Below, in pieces: positions 38,654 to 48,661 of a stretch of 64,000 nucleotides of DNA. Within the stretch, counting starts at the first letter, position 1. Each line of letters starts with the position of its first letter. The notes under the pieces are model-generated. The model saw only the letters and a program-made list of their open reading frames with translations, was not told the origin of the DNA and did not search any database. The stretch is from an uncultured Gemmatimonadales bacterium (lineage in GTDB: Bacteria; Gemmatimonadota; Gemmatimonadetes; Gemmatimonadales; Gemmatimonadaceae): positions 1,056,001 to 1,120,000 of the forward strand of contig OY969695.1 of NCBI GenBank assembly GCA_963701965.1. Direction: 5' to 3'. A program made the position numbers and the translations under genes.

Positions 38654-40093
38654 ATGATTATTCGCCTGCTGGCCGGTCTCGCCTTGCTCCCGCTCGCCGC
38701 CGGAGCGCAAATCACCCAAGCCGAGTACGCGGCGCGCCGCGACTCGCTGGCGGCACGGGTCGACAGTGGCGTCATCTTCCTCGCCGGCGCGCGAGAGACG
38801 ATCGACCACTACCCGCCGTTCAAGCAACGGGCGCCGTTCCGGTATCTCACCGGCTTCCTGGCGCCCGACGCGTCGCTGGTCATGGTGCGGCGGGGCGGCC
38901 ACACCACCGCCACGCTCTATATCCAGTCGCCCGATCCACGGCGCGAGTTCTACAACGGCGGCCGCACGACGCCGGAGGCGATCACCCGGGAGACGGGCAT
39001 GGCGGCCGCCCGGAACGAGCGGCTGCGGGCCGATCTCGACTCGCTCACCGGCACGGGACTCACGCTGTGGGTCGCGAGCGACGCCGAAGCGGACGAGTTC
39101 ATCCGGGACGACTCATTGAGCTTCGGGAGCGCAATGGTGCGCAACCTGAGGGCCGCGCACCCCTATCTGGTCGTCAAGGACGCCACGCCGATGCTCGACC
39201 AGCTGCGCGCGCGAAAGAGCGCGGCCGAGGTCGCGTTGCTCGAGCGCGCGGCGGCCATCTCCGTCCTGGGGCACAAAGCGGTCTTGAGCGAGATCGCGCC
39301 CAACAAGAACGAATACGAAGTCCAGGCCCTCATGGAGTACACGTTCCGGCGAAACGGCGGCGATCTCGAGCCGGCGTACGCCTCGATCGTCGGGTCGGGA
39401 CCGAATAGCACGACGTTGCACTACGATCGCGACGACCGGGCCATGCACGCGGGCGAGATGCTGGTGATGGACTGCGCGACCAGTTATCAGGGCTACGCCG
39501 CCGACATTACGCGGACGGTACCCGTGAGCGGCGTCTTCACGGCCGACCAGCGGACGATCTACCAGATCGTGCGCGACGCCCAAGCCGCCGGGGAGCGGCA
39601 GATCAAACCGGGCGTACCCGCGAAAACGGAGCGCGACTCGATCCAGGCCGTGGTGGCCGCGGGACTGGCCAAGCTCAAGTTGATCGACTCGGTCACGGCG
39701 GTGGTCGACGCGCCCAAGGGATTTTGCGGGCCGCGCGACACATGCCCACAGGCGTCGCTGTTCCTGCCCCACGGGCCCGGCCATGGCTTGGGCCTCGACG
39801 TCCACGATCCGGCGCAGTTCTACTATGCGCCGGCAATGGCCTTCGGCGTCGGCAATGCGCTGACGATCGAACCGGGGATCTACATCAAGCCCTCGATTCT
39901 CGATATCCTGCCGGACACCCCGCGGAACCGCGCGTATGCGGATCGTGTGCGGCCGCTGCTGCAGCGCTATGCCAACATCGGGGTTCGGATCGAGGACGAC
40001 TACGTGCTGACGGCGGATGGGCTCAAGCGCATCACGCCCGCGCCACGCGAGGCGGCCGAGATCGAGAGTTTGATGAAGCGAGTCGTGCAGTAG
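38654..40093 (+). CDS. Xaa-Pro aminopeptidase (M24B), secreted
   Basis: TTLHY, MDCA...AADITRT, HGPGHGLGLDVHD, TIEPGIY, VRIEDD. Confidence 0.93.
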   Translation: MIIRLLAGLALLPLAAGAQITQAEYAARRDSLAARVDSGVIFLAGARETIDHYPPFKQRAPFRYLTGFLAPDASLVMVRRGGHTTATLYIQSPDPRREFYNGGRTTPEAITRETGMAAARNERLRADLDSLTGTGLTLWVASDAEADEFIRDDSLSFGSAMVRNLRAAHPYLVVKDATPMLDQLRARKSAAEVALLERAAAISVLGHKAVLSEIAPNKNEYEVQALMEYTFRRNGGDLEPAYASIVGSGPNSTTLHYDRDDRAMHAGEMLVMDCATSYQGYAADITRTVPVSGVFTADQRTIYQIVRDAQAAGERQIKPGVPAKTERDSIQAVVAAGLAKLKLIDSVTAVVDAPKGFCGPRDTCPQASLFLPHGPGHGLGLDVHDPAQFYYAPAMAFGVGNALTIEPGIYIKPSILDILPDTPRNRAYADRVRPLLQRYANIGVRIEDDYVLTADGLKRITPAPREAAEIESLMKRVVQ

Positions 40094-40095
40094 GC

Positions 40096-40812
40096 CTAGC
40101 GGGCGGCCAGGGCGGTCAGGGCGAAACCCGCGGCGATCCAACCCGCCGCGGCCAGGCGGGCCCGCGACCCAATCGGCAGCGAGCGCAGCAGGGACGCCGC
40201 AATGTAAAGAAACGTGCCGGCGGCGATCGGGATCATCGCGTTGGCCAGCCCGCGCGCGTGCGCCCCGACGAGCAGCGTCACGAGTGCCCCGCCGAGCGCA
40301 CCGACCCCGGTCAGTACGTTGAGGGCGTAGGCCCGGCGAACGGACAGTCCGCCGTGCAGGAAGATCCCCAGGCTGCCCATCTCCCGCGGCAGTTCGTGGA
40401 GCCCGACGGCGACGGTCGCCAGGATCCCCAGGGAGGGGTTGGCGAGGAACGAGGCAGCGATCAACATCCCATCGATGGCGTTGTGGAACACATCGCCCAC
40501 AAAGTTGAGCCACACGATCCGGCGTTCCGCGCATCCCGCGGCGAAGCGCTGAAACAGATGGTCGAGGAGTCCGAAGCCGGCTATTCCGGCGACGACAGCT
40601 AGGGCGATGCTCGCGCGCGAGGCGCCACTACTGAGCGCGTCCGGTATCAGATCGAACAGGACCGCACCGGCCAAAGCGCCGATCGCCACGCGCGCCATGG
40701 GTGGCACGGCGCGTTTCACGACAGCGGGATCGAAGAAGAGGACAAGAGCGCCGACAAGCGGCAGGGCGCTGAGCACCCCGACAGCGGCCATGCTCTGAAT
40801 CCATACGGACAT
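40096..40812 (-). CDS. ZIP family metal transporter
   Basis: GDVFHNAIDG, HELPREMG. Confidence 0.9.
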   Translation of the reverse strand: MSVWIQSMAAVGVLSALPLVGALVLFFDPAVVKRAVPPMARVAIGALAGAVLFDLIPDALSSGASRASIALAVVAGIAGFGLLDHLFQRFAAGCAERRIVWLNFVGDVFHNAIDGMLIAASFLANPSLGILATVAVGLHELPREMGSLGIFLHGGLSVRRAYALNVLTGVGALGGALVTLLVGAHARGLANAMIPIAAGTFLYIAASLLRSLPIGSRARLAAAGWIAAGFALTALAAR

Positions 40813-40879
40813 GCGGTAACCTACTCTATCGAGTGATGCCGGTCACAGAAGGCACCGGGCTTAACCGTAGCTTTGCGAC

Positions 40880-41227
40880 ATGCTTGACCAATGCGTGCTC
40901 GCGCTCTTGATGCTGCTCACGACGCGTCAAACGGACGACGTCAAACTGTTGGGAACCAATGGGGGCGTCCGTTTTGTGGTCATCGCCGCCCGTGCCGCGA
41001 AGACCGACGACGATCTCCGGCGTGTCGCGCGCATGATGTGCGCCGAGGATCGCATCTGCGCGGTGCGGTTCTGGGTGAGTGAGACGCACGCCGCGCGCCG
41101 GCTCCCCATGACCGACGAGCAAGCCCGCTTTCAAGTCGCCGCGTACACCATCAATCGGAACACCGGCGTCGACGATTTCACCTGCCAGCCGACGGCGGAC
41201 CATGCGCCGCCGTGCACGCCTCAGTGA
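40880..41227 (+). CDS. Small secreted hypothetical protein
   Basis: Hydrophobic N-terminus; Cys pairs; TAGCTT 6 nt before ATG. Confidence 0.5.
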   Translation: MLDQCVLALLMLLTTRQTDDVKLLGTNGGVRFVVIAARAAKTDDDLRRVARMMCAEDRICAVRFWVSETHAARRLPMTDEQARFQVAAYTINRNTGVDDFTCQPTADHAPPCTPQ

Positions 41228-42225
41228 TCCATGCCCGCCATGCCGTCCATGTCCATTGAGACATCGGTCGACATCGTGTCTTTGAAGTCGAGCACGTAGT
41301 CGCTCGCGGTGCGATCCACCTTGGGCCAATCGTCCGCATTCGACGGCATGAACACGCCCCCGAGTGCGCCCATGGCGCCCTGGCGCAGCACGCGGCCGGT
41401 CGGATTGTCGTAGACGGCCGTCACGCGATAAACGTGGTCGGCCCGGATGGGGATGCCGAGGCGCCACCAGAACGTCTTGACCGGCATGTCCACGGGCTCG
41501 CCATTCTGGTCGACGATCGGCTTGGTCTCCCACAGGACCTTGTGGGCCGTCACATCCTCGAGTCGAAATCCCGTCCCGTACTTGTGCATGTGCGCGCCCA
41601 TGGCCAGCACACGGCCGGACACCGCGGGGCGTCCCTCCCAACTCTTCTCGGAGTGGCCGACCGGCATGTCATACGACTTGGCACCGGCGGGCGGCATGAC
41701 ATCCATGTAGAACGGCGAGATGGTTACCGGGTGCAACACGCCCGAGACCTCGGCGTACGGCATCCGAATGACCAAGTGGGCGCCGGTGATATCGTGGTGC
41801 GTCGTGTTGTTCAACATCGCGGTGACCAGCAGCGTGTCGCCCCGATGCACGCGAAGCCCGAGGACCTTCGGCAACTCGACCGGCGGCGTCTCCGCGCCCG
41901 CAGCGCCGATCCGCAGCATGATCCGGCTGAACAGCTCGCGCTTTTCCGGCGCGATCAAGTTCACGTGATGGATCAGCGACTGCGGCAACGGTCGGCCGGC
42001 GGAGTCGACGAGCGTGACCGCGTACCCCTGAAGCCAACCCTCGACCGGGAGCGCGACGAATCCCGGTTGGACCTCCACCATGCCGTGGAGGGTGAGCGGC
42101 GCCATCTCCAGCACCATGTCGTGGGCCGCGCTATCCAATCGCACCGTGAGCGTCTGGGCCGGCGCCGGATGGACGCCGGCCACCGCCAGCGCGAGGGCCA
42201 GAAGCGGGGTCATGCGCAGGGTCAT
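41221..42225 (-). CDS. Secreted protein resembling type II copper monooxygenases (PHM/DBH-like)
   Basis: Signal peptide; IHHVNL, GAGAET, GAHMHKYG, YDNPTG, GAMG; Met-rich tail. Confidence 0.6.
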   Translation of the reverse strand: MTLRMTPLLALALAVAGVHPAPAQTLTVRLDSAAHDMVLEMAPLTLHGMVEVQPGFVALPVEGWLQGYAVTLVDSAGRPLPQSLIHHVNLIAPEKRELFSRIMLRIGAAGAETPPVELPKVLGLRVHRGDTLLVTAMLNNTTHHDITGAHLVIRMPYAEVSGVLHPVTISPFYMDVMPPAGAKSYDMPVGHSEKSWEGRPAVSGRVLAMGAHMHKYGTGFRLEDVTAHKVLWETKPIVDQNGEPVDMPVKTFWWRLGIPIRADHVYRVTAVYDNPTGRVLRQGAMGALGGVFMPSNADDWPKVDRTASDYVLDFKDTMSTDVSMDMDGMAGMDH

Positions 42226-42238
42226 GACCCCAAACCTA

Positions 42239-45200
42239 CTACCAACCAGGGAGGATCTGGAACCCGAAGATGCCGCTCTTCTGTTGCGGCCGCATGAACG
42301 GATAGGCCCAGAACACTTCGGCGACAATGTACCCCAGGACGTTGATGCGGGTGCTGATGCCGGAGCTGATGACCGGCTCCCGGGCGCTGCTGTTCGCCGA
42401 GAGGTTGAATGTCGGAGTGTCGTGGTTGTACCACGCCACGCCGGCGTCGACGAACGGCGCGACGTCGATGGGCAGATACGGGAAGTTGATCAGGCCATAC
42501 CCGCTGATCCCCGTGACCGGGAACCGGATCTCGAAGTTGGCCGTCGCGATCTTGCTGCCAAACAAGCGGTCGAGCGCGGGGCACGCCCCGTTGGCGACGC
42601 CCGGGCCCGTGCACTCGTTGATGTTGAACGTGTTGATGTCGTACCCGCGAATGAAGTAGGGATCGCCGACGTAGAGCGGGAACAACGTCGTCGAGTCTTC
42701 GGCGTCCCGGCCGTATCGCCCATAGTGGATGAGGCGAAAGGCGAAGGTCACCGGCTTGGCGAACAAATACCGCCGATAGTCCAGGAGCGCGGTGGTGAAC
42801 AGCAAGTTGCCGAACGTGGGGTCGACCTCGAACCGGTACCGGGCGCCGGCGATCGGCGAGGTGAACCCGAACGTGGCGTAGTCGGTCACGTACGCGAGGC
42901 TCGTTTGCCACAGACTGAGCCCGTGCGGCGTCCCCGGGAAGCCCTGGTTGAAGTTCTCCGCCAAAATGTTGCCAAACTGGTCGGTGACGTACGTGTCCTG
43001 CGTGATGGAATAGTGCACGTAGCTGTAGCCGGCCCCGAGCTCGAAGCGGCGATACTGCGAGAACGGATACTGGGCGAACACGTTCGCCGACTCGTAGAAC
43101 GTCCGCTCGAACAGCTGGTGAACGACCGTGCCGGGCGTGGACCCGCCCGTACTCGTCGGAAGGGTCGTGTCGGAGACGAACGTCCCCCCGGTCAAGTACG
43201 GGATGTGCCCGATACTGGCACCGTAGATGATCCGGTGCGACTGATTGAGATAGAGCAGCGATCCGCCGAAGTCTTGCAACGTACCGGATCCGGCGAGTTG
43301 GGCGGCGATGATGTTGTTCTCCAGTTCATCGCCAAAGTAGGCCGACACGCCGCCCGCCACGCCCCCGCCGAACGGTCCCCCGACCGCGACGCCGACACCG
43401 GACGACCCCAGGAATTCCAACCCGAACGACGGGTGGTAGGGGCCCGTCGGATACTCGCGCTCCGGCGGCAGCCCGGCCGTCGCATCAGCGATCCGGCTGC
43501 TGACGGCGCCGCCGCCGGGCAGGTCCACAGGCGGGAGAATCCCGACCGACGCCGTGTCGCTTTGGCCGGCGATCAACGGCGTCCCCGGCGCCATCTCCGG
43601 GTCCAAGCGATGCAGCTCGAAGCCTCCCTTGACGAAGACGTCGAACATGAGCCGGCCGGTCTTGGAAGCCACCGACATCATGGCCCCCAGCGGCAGAATG
43701 GCGGTCACGCCGGTCGCGATGCGCGTGATCTGCGCAATGTCGCCGGTCTCCAGGTTCAAGCGATAGATGTCCGAGATCCCGTTGCGGTCGGACACGAAGT
43801 ACAGGTTCTTGCCGTCGGGTGCGAACTGGGGGTTGAGCGCCTTGGCGCCGGGGAAGAGTTGGAGGTTCCGCGTCGTCCCCGTGGTCATGTCCCGGATCGC
43901 GATGTGCAACTTGGCGTACTCGAGCTTGTCGAAATCGGTGCCGTCCCCGCTGTCTGTCGCATACGCCAGCAACCTGCCGTCCGGCGACCACGCGGGTTGG
44001 ATCTGGGCGTACCGGTCGTTCGTGAGCTGCGTCGTCTTCCCGGTCTTCATGTCATACACGTACAGATCGCTGATGCCGCCGTGGCTCCCCGAGAAGGCCA
44101 GCTGGTCGTTCGCGCTCCAGGCCAAGTCCTCGGTCGTGGTGACCTCGGGAACGTCGATCCGCCGCTCAATGCCGCCCTTGTCGAGATTGAAGATCGCGAT
44201 GACTTCTTTCCCTTTGGCATAGACGCCGACGGCGAGCCGCTTGCCATCGGGGGACCACGATCCGCCCGAGCTGGCGAAATTCAACGCGTCGTAGTGCGGC
44301 GTCGAGTTGATGCTGGTGAGCTTCTTGATGGTCTTGCCCGTCGCCGCGTCGGCGACGAATAGATCAGTCTGGAAGATCCCGCGCTGGGTGTAGAACGACA
44401 CGTACTTGCCGTCGGGACTGAGCGCCGGGCCCACATCATAGTCGGGCCCCTTCTTGTTGTACGGGGCCAGCAGGCGCACGCCGACGTTCTCCGGGCGCAC
44501 CAGGCCATTGAGCTGCGGAGTCACCGTAGCCCGCAGGCTGGCGTGCCATTCCTTGCTCAGCGAATCGCTGGTGATCCCGAGGACGCTGCGGACGGCCGAT
44601 TCCCACCCGCCGCGCAGCGCTTGCCGATAAATGCGCGGAATGACGTCATCGCCATACCGGCCGCCGATGTAGGCCCAGATGATCTGGCCCCACGGATAAA
44701 TGAAATAGCGCCCGCTCTGCAGCTGCTTGAAGGACGGGATGTCGTTGCGCAGGATCGCGTCCCGCGGGTACATCGCCGCGTTCGGATCGTTGCGCCCGAC
44801 GGACATGTACTCGGCCATCCCCTCAATGCCCCACTGCGGCACCCGGTTGGTGGCAGCGACGCCTCCGCCGCCCGGGCCATGCGTGTTCTCGGCAATGTCG
44901 TACTGGAAGACGTGCTCCAGCTCGTGGCCGAGAATGTGGTCGGTCCAGGCGTATTCCGGGCTGATGGGGATGATCGCCCGGTTCCTGAGCCCTTCCGTCA
45001 CGCCGCCGATCGGGCCGCCCAGCGGGATCGGGACGATGTTACCCTGGGAAAAGGCGTTCGCGTCGTCGTACAGGACGATCGGCTTCTTGCTGAACGTGTC
45101 CCGCATGGACTGCGAGTGACGCACGTACCACCGCTCCGCCATCCGCGCGATATCCGCGGTCGCGACGGATTCGGCCGGATAGTAGTAGATGTCGAAATGC

Positions 45201-45334
45201 TGGGTGTGCATCTCCCGGAAATCGAAATCCCGGTAGGTAACCTTGTTCTGCCCGAAATTCTGGGCACGGAGGGCCGCCGGGAGGGTCAGGACGGCGATCG
45301 CGAACAGGATGAGGCGCGGAAGGCGCGAGCGCAT
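42239..45334 (-). CDS. Omp85/BamA-family barrel with N-terminal zincin-like and TolB-like propeller domains
   Basis: GHELEHVFQ...EGMAEY; repeated WSPDG/LSPDG; IRGY loop motif; terminal W. Confidence 0.85.
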   Translation of the reverse strand: MRSRLPRLILFAIAVLTLPAALRAQNFGQNKVTYRDFDFREMHTQHFDIYYYPAESVATADIARMAERWYVRHSQSMRDTFSKKPIVLYDDANAFSQGNIVPIPLGGPIGGVTEGLRNRAIIPISPEYAWTDHILGHELEHVFQYDIAENTHGPGGGGVAATNRVPQWGIEGMAEYMSVGRNDPNAAMYPRDAILRNDIPSFKQLQSGRYFIYPWGQIIWAYIGGRYGDDVIPRIYRQALRGGWESAVRSVLGITSDSLSKEWHASLRATVTPQLNGLVRPENVGVRLLAPYNKKGPDYDVGPALSPDGKYVSFYTQRGIFQTDLFVADAATGKTIKKLTSINSTPHYDALNFASSGGSWSPDGKRLAVGVYAKGKEVIAIFNLDKGGIERRIDVPEVTTTEDLAWSANDQLAFSGSHGGISDLYVYDMKTGKTTQLTNDRYAQIQPAWSPDGRLLAYATDSGDGTDFDKLEYAKLHIAIRDMTTGTTRNLQLFPGAKALNPQFAPDGKNLYFVSDRNGISDIYRLNLETGDIAQITRIATGVTAILPLGAMMSVASKTGRLMFDVFVKGGFELHRLDPEMAPGTPLIAGQSDTASVGILPPVDLPGGGAVSSRIADATAGLPPEREYPTGPYHPSFGLEFLGSSGVGVAVGGPFGGGVAGGVSAYFGDELENNIIAAQLAGSGTLQDFGGSLLYLNQSHRIIYGASIGHIPYLTGGTFVSDTTLPTSTGGSTPGTVVHQLFERTFYESANVFAQYPFSQYRRFELGAGYSYVHYSITQDTYVTDQFGNILAENFNQGFPGTPHGLSLWQTSLAYVTDYATFGFTSPIAGARYRFEVDPTFGNLLFTTALLDYRRYLFAKPVTFAFRLIHYGRYGRDAEDSTTLFPLYVGDPYFIRGYDINTFNINECTGPGVANGACPALDRLFGSKIATANFEIRFPVTGISGYGLINFPYLPIDVAPFVDAGVAWYNHDTPTFNLSANSSAREPVISSGISTRINVLGYIVAEVFWAYPFMRPQQKSGIFGFQILPGW

Positions 45335-45438
45335 GATGAGAGAGGTGGTAGACACGTGGCGTGCAAGCTGAACACACGCGGTCCCCTACGCAAGCATGTG
45401 CCGCTACCCCGCCGAAACCGTTGGGTTCCAATCCGGCC

Positions 45439-46419
45439 CTACCACCCCAAGACCAAAGCGAAAACCAGGGGTGCCACGATCGAGGCATCGGACTCGATGA
45501 TGTACTTGGGCGTATCGACGCCGAGCTTGCCCCACGTGATCTTCTCGTTGGGTACGGCCCCGGAGTACGAACCGTAGCTGGTCGTCGAATCGGAGATCTG
45601 GCAGAAATACCCCCACAGCGGGACGTCCGGGCGCTGCAGGTCCTGGTGGAGCATCGGCACCACACAGATCGGGAAGTCGCCGGCGATCCCGCCGCCAATC
45701 TGGAAAAACCCAATGGAGCTCTGGGCGGCCGTGGTCTGATACCAATCGGCGAGCTTCGTCATGTACTCGATGCCGGTGCGGACCGTGTGGACGTTGCACA
45801 CGTCGCCCGAGATACAGTGCCCGGCATACATGTTCCCGAGCGTCGAATCCTCCCAGCCGGGCACGAACATGGGGAGATCGCGCTCGGCCGCGGCGAGCAG
45901 CCACGAGTGCTTGGGGTCGATCTGATACTCCTTCGCCAGCGTGCCGCTCTTGAGGACGCGATACATGAACTCGTGCGGGAACCACCGCTTCCCCGCCCGA
46001 TCGGCCGCTACCCACTCGGCGAGCACCGCGCGCTCGATCCGGCGCATGGCCTCGGCCTCGGGGATGCACGTGTCGGTCACCCGGTTCATGTGGCGCGCCA
46101 GGAGCGCCTGCTCGTCCGCGGGCGTCAGGTCGCGATAGTTTGGCACCCGCGCGTAATAGTCGTGGGCGACCAGATTGAAGACGTCTTCCTCGAGATTGGC
46201 TCCCGTCGTCGAGATGCCGTGCACCTTGCCCTGCCGGATCATCTCGGCCAGTGACAACCCCAGCTCCGCGGTGCTCATGGCCCCGGCCAGGGTCACGAAC
46301 ATCTTGCCGCCCGAGTCGAGATGGCGGCGGTAGCCGTCGGCCGCATCGATGAGGGCCGCAGCGTTGAAATGCCGGAAATGCTCGCGCAGAAACGCGGAAA
46401 CCGCGCCGGAAGTCGTCAT
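45439..46419 (-). CDS. Deoxyhypusine synthase family protein
   Basis: LAGAMSTAELG, TGANLEED, IGGGIAGD, GSYSGA, EKITWGK. Confidence 0.92.
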   Translation of the reverse strand: MTTSGAVSAFLREHFRHFNAAALIDAADGYRRHLDSGGKMFVTLAGAMSTAELGLSLAEMIRQGKVHGISTTGANLEEDVFNLVAHDYYARVPNYRDLTPADEQALLARHMNRVTDTCIPEAEAMRRIERAVLAEWVAADRAGKRWFPHEFMYRVLKSGTLAKEYQIDPKHSWLLAAAERDLPMFVPGWEDSTLGNMYAGHCISGDVCNVHTVRTGIEYMTKLADWYQTTAAQSSIGFFQIGGGIAGDFPICVVPMLHQDLQRPDVPLWGYFCQISDSTTSYGSYSGAVPNEKITWGKLGVDTPKYIIESDASIVAPLVFALVLGW

Positions 46420-46465
46420 GGGACAGAGGCTAGCGGCGCCGGCTGCGCGCCGTCAAGATTGAGGG

Positions 46466-47443
46466 ATGGTCTCGGCCAGGCCACAGGCGCTGCTCGCCGC
46501 CCGGGCGGAACGCGGGATTCGCACGACGCAGGCAGGCCTGGCGACCAATGTCGGGCTCGTCCTGGTCAAGCTCGTGGCGGGCATCGCCGGCCATTCGTAT
46601 GCGCTGGTCGCCAATGCGGCGGAATCCTCCGGCGACATCTTCTCTTCCCTCATCGTCTGGCTTGGTCTCCACGTCGCGGCCCAACCGGCCGATGAGAACC
46701 ACCCGTTCGGACACGGGAAAGCCGAGCCGCTGGCCGCGCTGGCCGTGGCGCTGCTGCTGATCGGAGCGGCCATCGCCATCGCCGCCGGCGCCGTCCAGCA
46801 GATCAGCACGCCCCACCGGTTGCCGGAACCCTTCACCCTGCTCGTCGCGGGCGCCGCCTTCACGATCAAGGGGTATCTCGCCCGCCGCGTCGACGAGGTG
46901 GGGGCCGACGTTGGCAGCACCGCCATCCGCGCCGATGCCGGCCACCACGCCAGCGACGCGCTGAGCTCGGCCGCGGCGTTCGTCGGCATCGCGGTGGCGT
47001 TGGTCGGCGGGCACATGATCGGAGGACGGGGCTGGGAAGCCGCCGACGACTGGGCGGCCCTGGTCGCGGCCGCGATCGTAGCCTTCAACGGCGTCCGGCT
47101 GATCCGACCGGCCCTCGCCGACCTGATGGACACCGCGCCCAGCGCGACACTCCTCGAACGGGTGCGCCTAGCGGCGAACTCGGTCCCCAACGTCCGCCTG
47201 ATCGAGAACCTCAAGATGCGGCGATCAGGCCTGGGCTACTTCGTGGAGCTCCACGTCCAAGCCGACCCGGAGATGTCACTCCACGACGCCCACGAGTTGA
47301 GCGGCTCCGTGAAGGGGACGATCCTGCAGATCGCGCCCTTCGTGCAGAACGTCCTCGTGCACATGGAGCCTTACGAGCCGGAAGAACTACGGGGCGACGG
47401 TCGCGGCGACGACGCCGTCGATGCCCGCGAGGTTCGAGACTAG
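46466..47443 (+). CDS. Cation diffusion facilitator transporter
   Basis: HPFGHGKAE, HHASD, HDAH, VHMEP. Confidence 0.92.
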   Translation: MVSARPQALLAARAERGIRTTQAGLATNVGLVLVKLVAGIAGHSYALVANAAESSGDIFSSLIVWLGLHVAAQPADENHPFGHGKAEPLAALAVALLLIGAAIAIAAGAVQQISTPHRLPEPFTLLVAGAAFTIKGYLARRVDEVGADVGSTAIRADAGHHASDALSSAAAFVGIAVALVGGHMIGGRGWEAADDWAALVAAAIVAFNGVRLIRPALADLMDTAPSATLLERVRLAANSVPNVRLIENLKMRRSGLGYFVELHVQADPEMSLHDAHELSGSVKGTILQIAPFVQNVLVHMEPYEPEELRGDGRGDDAVDAREVRD

Positions 47444-47779
47444 CGGACCGGGGATGGAGTGCCGCTCGGCCAAGTACGCGGCGCTGTTGTAACTCACCCA
47501 CACGCGGCCGTCGTGGTCGGCCCATACGAGAGCCTTGAGCGGAAGGTCCAACGCGGCCAGCGGCGACGCGACCATCACGGGAGTACCGGACTTGGGACTT
47601 CCGAAGATGACCACCAACGCGGGCTGCATCGTCAATCCCGCTTTCGCGGCCTCGCCGCTGTGGTCAACGGTGGCGAACAACGTCAAGCCTTTCTCGCGCA
47701 CCAAATGCTGGAGGCGGGCCACGGTGTCCGGCACCGAGTGCGCGCTCGCTGTGGTCACTACGCCGTACTCGGGAGTCAT
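47387..47779 (-). CDS. DUF302 domain protein
   Basis: FATVDHS, IFGSPKSGTPVM, LDLPLKALVW. Confidence 0.88.
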   Translation of the reverse strand: MTPEYGVVTTASAHSVPDTVARLQHLVREKGLTLFATVDHSGEAAKAGLTMQPALVVIFGSPKSGTPVMVASPLAALDLPLKALVWADHDGRVWVSYNSAAYLAERHSIPGPLVSNLAGIDGVVAATVAP

Positions 47780-47783
47780 GCGC

Positions 47784-48614
47784 TTACCCCAGTGAGATCA
47801 GGACGGTCGCCACCGCTCCGACGCCCAGCCCCAGATATTGGGGCGCGCGGAGCCTCTCCCGGAGCACCCACCATGCCAGGACCACGGTTACCGCGGGATA
47901 CAAGGACGCGAGCGTGGCGACGATGCTGAGCATGCCATTTCTGACCGCGATGAGATAGCAGACATTCGCGGCAATGTCGATGAGACCGCACGGCACGATC
48001 AGGGGCAAAGCGTCCCGCGGCACGGCGATCGATCGTCCCGACGCGCGATTGGCGGCCAGGAGCAAGGGCAGCGAGATGGCCCGCGCGGCGACCAGCGGCC
48101 AGAGACCGGCGCCAATGGACACGCAATGGAGGCACGCGTAGAAGGCGCCGATCGCCAGTCCGGACCCGACGGCCGCGGCCACGCCGCGGCCGAGCCGGGC
48201 GCCGCTCTGGCCCTCCTGCCCGACCAAAACGATCGACGCCAGCGCCAGCGCGAAGCCCAACAGGACAATGAGCGATGGGCGCTCGCCGATCGCCAAACCG
48301 ATCATCACGGCTACGGCGTCACCGGTAGCCGCGGCGACGGGCGCGACAACGCTCATGCGCCCGGTGGCCAGAGCCTGGTAGAACAGGCCCAAGGCGAAAG
48401 CCCCGAAGAGACCGGTCGCGGCTCCCCACAGCAGGTCGTCCCGGCTCGGATGAGCGACGGGACCGAGGGCGACACACGCGATCAGCGCCAGGACGCCAAA
48501 GAGCTGGGAGACCGCGGCCGCGGTCAACGCCCCGGTGCGGCGGCTGGCGAGCCCGCCCAGAAAATCCGCGCCGCCGTAGAGCGCCAATGCCATAATTGCC
48601 AGGAGGGCGGCCAT
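47784..48614 (-). CDS. EamA/DMT transporter
   Basis: YGGADFLGG, GRMSVVAP, GERP, SLYPAVTV; about 10 TMs. Confidence 0.9.
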   Translation of the reverse strand: MAALLAIMALALYGGADFLGGLASRRTGALTAAAVSQLFGVLALIACVALGPVAHPSRDDLLWGAATGLFGAFALGLFYQALATGRMSVVAPVAAATGDAVAVMIGLAIGERPSLIVLLGFALALASIVLVGQEGQSGARLGRGVAAAVGSGLAIGAFYACLHCVSIGAGLWPLVAARAISLPLLLAANRASGRSIAVPRDALPLIVPCGLIDIAANVCYLIAVRNGMLSIVATLASLYPAVTVVLAWWVLRERLRAPQYLGLGVGAVATVLISLG

Positions 48615-48620
48615 CCGGAC

Positions 48621-48652
48621 AATATAATGGTCTAACTAGAGCAGTATATTAT
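48621..48652. promoter_or_regulatory. Imperfect 30-bp inverted repeat holding divergent -10 boxes (probable XRE operator)
   Basis: AATATAATGGTCTAACTAGAGCAGTATATT; TATATT on both strands close to both start codons. Confidence 0.6.
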
Positions 48653-48661
48653 CCCGCTATC

